Positions 61,294-64,000 of a DNA stretch of 64,000 bases are shown here, piece after piece. The stretch spans positions 640,001 through 704,000 of the forward strand of contig OY762007.1 in the NCBI GenBank assembly GCA_963665115.1, written 5' to 3'. The position numbers and the translations under genes were made by a program. A model generated the notes under the pieces. The model was given only the letters and a program-made list of their open reading frames with translations, ran no database searches and was not told the DNA's origin. Numbering within the stretch: position 1 is the first letter of the stretch; each line of letters opens with the position of its first letter. This DNA comes from an uncultured Rivularia sp. (GTDB lineage: Bacteria; Cyanobacteriota; Cyanobacteriia; Cyanobacteriales; Nostocaceae).

Positions 61294-62640
61294 TTACTTT
61301 CCATTAGCTTTTAATACCGCAGCATATTGTTGTTCAACATCTTGCTTATCTTCCTCGAAAGACAATCCTTGACAACTACCTTTTAAGATCAAATCTGCAT
61401 GACGGCGCAAGGCTTTTTTGTCTTGAGGATTTTCTGTATATTCAGCAATGACGGCTATGGATTCTAATAAACGAATGGTAACAGCTACATCGTTAGAACA
61501 ATTTTGGCGAATTTGATTGAAAGCAGTATCAGTTAATCCTGAAAATGTTACCGGATGAGCAATAACACGGAGATTGTCAAATCCATCGTAACGATAAGGG
61601 GAAGGAAAATCGGTTTGAGCTAAACGAGCCAGCCCATCACTGAGGTGATCTATGCAGCGAATAGCGGTGAACGGATCGTTAAGGCTGGGAGATAAGGCGC
61701 GTAAAGCTATTTCTACTAATTCATTTATGGGAAATTCTATATCTTGCTGTTCGTTACGTTCTCTACCTAAAATAAATGCTTGATGAATTTGCTTTTGAAT
61801 ATCGTTAAAAGGTGTGGTGGAATTTCCAGTTTCCATCGCCAAAATTTTGACGGTAGTACCTCCTTTAATCGTAAATTTCCCCGGTGGAGTTAATATTTTT
61901 ACTATTAAGTTATGTTTGCAAGCTATATCCATCAATTTATCGGTATCAATTGCTTGGACGTAACCTTTACTTGAAGCTCTAATAGGAAAAGCTTCTTTAT
62001 CAAAATCTTCGGGAATTATTGCCTCTGAATGCTTGTGCTGCGGTTCGCTGTATCCGATTTTTTTGGGGAATAATCTTTCTATTGCTCGATCTAATTCTTG
62101 ACTAATTTGAGAGATGACATAGGAAACCTGAATAATAGTTGATGCATGATGAATAAAGTAGATTAGCACTCCGGTACAAATTACGGCTAAAATAATTCCT
62201 ACTGTTACCGAAAGATGCGGTACAAATTGATTTCTATCCTCAGCGCTTCCGTAAATTGCTCGCAATATTAATAAGGAATAAACAAAAGTGCTAATAAAAG
62301 TCCCAAGCACTACTTTGTTTCCTACATCCTGCATGAAATTACGCAGAATCCGAGGCCCGAAGTTTGAAGAAGCAAGCTGAAGTGCCACTATAGTAATAGA
62401 AAAAGCCGTTGCAGTAATACCAATTGTTGAACCTGCAACTGTTGAAAGTACACCACGGGCACCGTCAGCACTACCTGTATAAATCCAACCCCATTTTTCA
62501 AGAGGGCCGTAATAACCAAGTCTATCCAATCTGAGTAAACCAAAGGCTAGCACGGTAAACATAATCGCCATCACCGTAGGTACAAACCAGTAGCTTGAAT
62601 TAAGGGAATCCCACAGTTTACCCAGCTTGATATTTTTCAT
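61294..62640 (-). CDS. DUF2254 family membrane protein
   Basis: SYWFVP; LQLASSNFGPR; IALRALSPSLNDPFTA. Confidence 0.9.
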   Translation of the reverse strand: MKNIKLGKLWDSLNSSYWFVPTVMAIMFTVLAFGLLRLDRLGYYGPLEKWGWIYTGSADGARGVLSTVAGSTIGITATAFSITIVALQLASSNFGPRILRNFMQDVGNKVVLGTFISTFVYSLLILRAIYGSAEDRNQFVPHLSVTVGIILAVICTGVLIYFIHHASTIIQVSYVISQISQELDRAIERLFPKKIGYSEPQHKHSEAIIPEDFDKEAFPIRASSKGYVQAIDTDKLMDIACKHNLIVKILTPPGKFTIKGGTTVKILAMETGNSTTPFNDIQKQIHQAFILGRERNEQQDIEFPINELVEIALRALSPSLNDPFTAIRCIDHLSDGLARLAQTDFPSPYRYDGFDNLRVIAHPVTFSGLTDTAFNQIRQNCSNDVAVTIRLLESIAVIAEYTENPQDKKALRRHADLILKGSCQGLSFEEDKQDVEQQYAAVLKANGK

Positions 62641-62643
62641 TGT

Positions 62644-63690
62644 TTATGATTTATCAATAATCGAAGCATTGAAGGTGTTACCATCTCCACTGTTGCTTCG
62701 GGATTGGTTTTTAATCAGTCGGCTTAGGGAACCACCAATGCTGCGACTGCTTGGAACTTCCCCGTAAGCTGGCCATCCTTCTCGCTGACGATTTCTGTTG
62801 CCATCTGTCTCTTCGGTTTGATCGTGGAACAGAATTTGTTGAGTGGGGAACGGCATATCAACACCGTTAGCCGTTAACTTATTTTTAACAGCGGTAAGTA
62901 CTTTATCCCGAAAATCTAAGGTATCGGCGCGACGGGGAGGATTAATCCACCATCTACCGCGAATATTAACGGTAAAGTCAGCTAATTCCATCACAAGTAC
63001 ATCCGGTGCAGGGTCGCTAAGAACACCTTCAGTTTCCCGTATTGTTTCCAAGATTAACTGTTTAGCGCGATCAATATCATCCCCATAGCCGATACCGAAA
63101 TCATATTCTATACGTCGTTTGTCAAAAGCAGTATTTACAGTGACGGAATTAGTAAATAATTCGGCATTAGGAATTACAATTCGACGACCATCATAAGTTC
63201 TAATTTTAGTCGCTCGCGTTTCAATACTTTCTACAGTTCCCTCAAAGTTTTTAAATACAATTTGGTCGTTAATTTCAAAGGGTTCGGTAAGTAAAATTAA
63301 AATTCCTGCTAGGAAGTTTTGCAAAATATCGCGGAAAGCAAAACCAACTGCCACACCACTGATTCCCAATAAATTCACTAAATCGCCAATTTTAAACGAG
63401 GGAACAACAATTGTTAGCGCTACAAATGCACCGATTAAAATTATCGTACCCTGTGCCAAACGCCCCAAAACCATTCCCAAGCTGCGAGCATTGCGACGAT
63501 GGCGGGTTACTCGTCTGATTGCTAACTTAATACCCCTAGCAAGAAAGAAAAAGACAACAAAAACAACAATTGCCAAGAGAATACTTGGCAATCGAGCGAT
63601 AGTATTATCTATCAATAATTGAGTTCTATCCCAAGCCGACGTTATTTCCTCTTTTGCTTCTGATGCAGACGGTGCCTGTGCAATCATCAT
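62644..63690 (-). CDS. MscS family mechanosensitive channel
   Basis: GVAVGFAFRDILQNFLAG; GTVESIETRATKIRTYDGRRIVIPN. Confidence 0.92.
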   Translation of the reverse strand: MMIAQAPSASEAKEEITSAWDRTQLLIDNTIARLPSILLAIVVFVVFFFLARGIKLAIRRVTRHRRNARSLGMVLGRLAQGTIILIGAFVALTIVVPSFKIGDLVNLLGISGVAVGFAFRDILQNFLAGILILLTEPFEINDQIVFKNFEGTVESIETRATKIRTYDGRRIVIPNAELFTNSVTVNTAFDKRRIEYDFGIGYGDDIDRAKQLILETIRETEGVLSDPAPDVLVMELADFTVNIRGRWWINPPRRADTLDFRDKVLTAVKNKLTANGVDMPFPTQQILFHDQTEETDGNRNRQREGWPAYGEVPSSRSIGGSLSRLIKNQSRSNSGDGNTFNASIIDKS

Positions 63691-63704
63691 ATTTTAGTTA
63701 ATAA

Positions 63705-63812
63705 TTGGTAAATTGGTAAATTGGTAGTTGGAAATTGGAAATTATTAATTGGGAATTGGTAGTTGGGAATTGGGAATTGGTAGTTGGGAATTGGTAGTTG
63801 GGAATTGGTAAT
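63705..63812 (+). repeat. STRR-like tract (GGGAATT/GGTAGTT)n
   Basis: Tandem heptamers. Similar tracts at 38670-38716, 48779-48842, 49421-49510 and 59872-59928. Confidence 0.9.
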
Positions 63813-63833
63813 AAATGTTTTTTAATTGTTAGT

Positions 63834-63959
63834 AGGACTTACGCAAAAGTAACGTAACTGCGTCATTACGAGCGACAGCGACGTAATCGCAAAAACCCTG
63901 CGATTGCTTCCCTACACTGCGTTCCGGTCGCAATGACAAATCTCCGTTGCGTAAGTCCT
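63834..63959. mobile_element. MITE-like element, AGGACTTACGCA TIR family
   Basis: AGGACTTACGCA...TGCGTAAGTCCT with an internal GTCATT..AATGAC palindrome. Confidence 0.78.
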
Positions 63960-64000
63960 GGTTATTAGGGAGCAAGATGCTCCCACTACAATAATATATT

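Noticed and set aside
2600..63088. Numerous short antisense or overlapping ORFs in the track (e.g. 2600-2956, 11217-11684, 13602-14258, 37186-38529)
   Set aside because: Shadow frames of well-supported genes on the opposite strand.

Overview
AT-rich chromosomal window from a cyanobacterium, most likely a filamentous Nostocales-type strain. This is inferred from many HIP1 GCGATCGC octamers, heptamer STRR tracts and palindromic MITE/REP-like elements. Housekeeping genes (murQ, TamB family, miaB, ddl, carotenoid oxygenase, MscS, hybrid histidine kinases) alternate with accessory clusters. The top candidate system lies at 35.5-40.7 kb. A membrane-anchored STAND NTPase with ten near-identical 40-aa repeats carrying hypervariable positions has an N-terminal RHIM/amyloid-like motif. 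That motif is matched in gap-free register by a doubled motif in a neighbouring caspase-like CHAT protease, suggesting an NLR-amyloid-caspase signalling module. A VapBC pair sits inside the module, and REP-like repeats and a MITE-disrupted PemK/MazF TA remnant border it. On the other side of miaB is an Imm17 / Rnl2 RNA ligase / CHAT-STAND-WD40 cluster. Other observations: a 24-nt mobile repeat seen at both filled and empty sites and in-frame inside a gene, two candidate sRNAs with consensus promoters and terminators, duplicated gene 3' ends flanking inserted genes, and five +1 homopolymer frameshifts that look like assembly errors. No rRNA, tRNA, CRISPR array, transposase or integrase was recognised. 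All family calls are from motif recognition by eye; no database searches were run.
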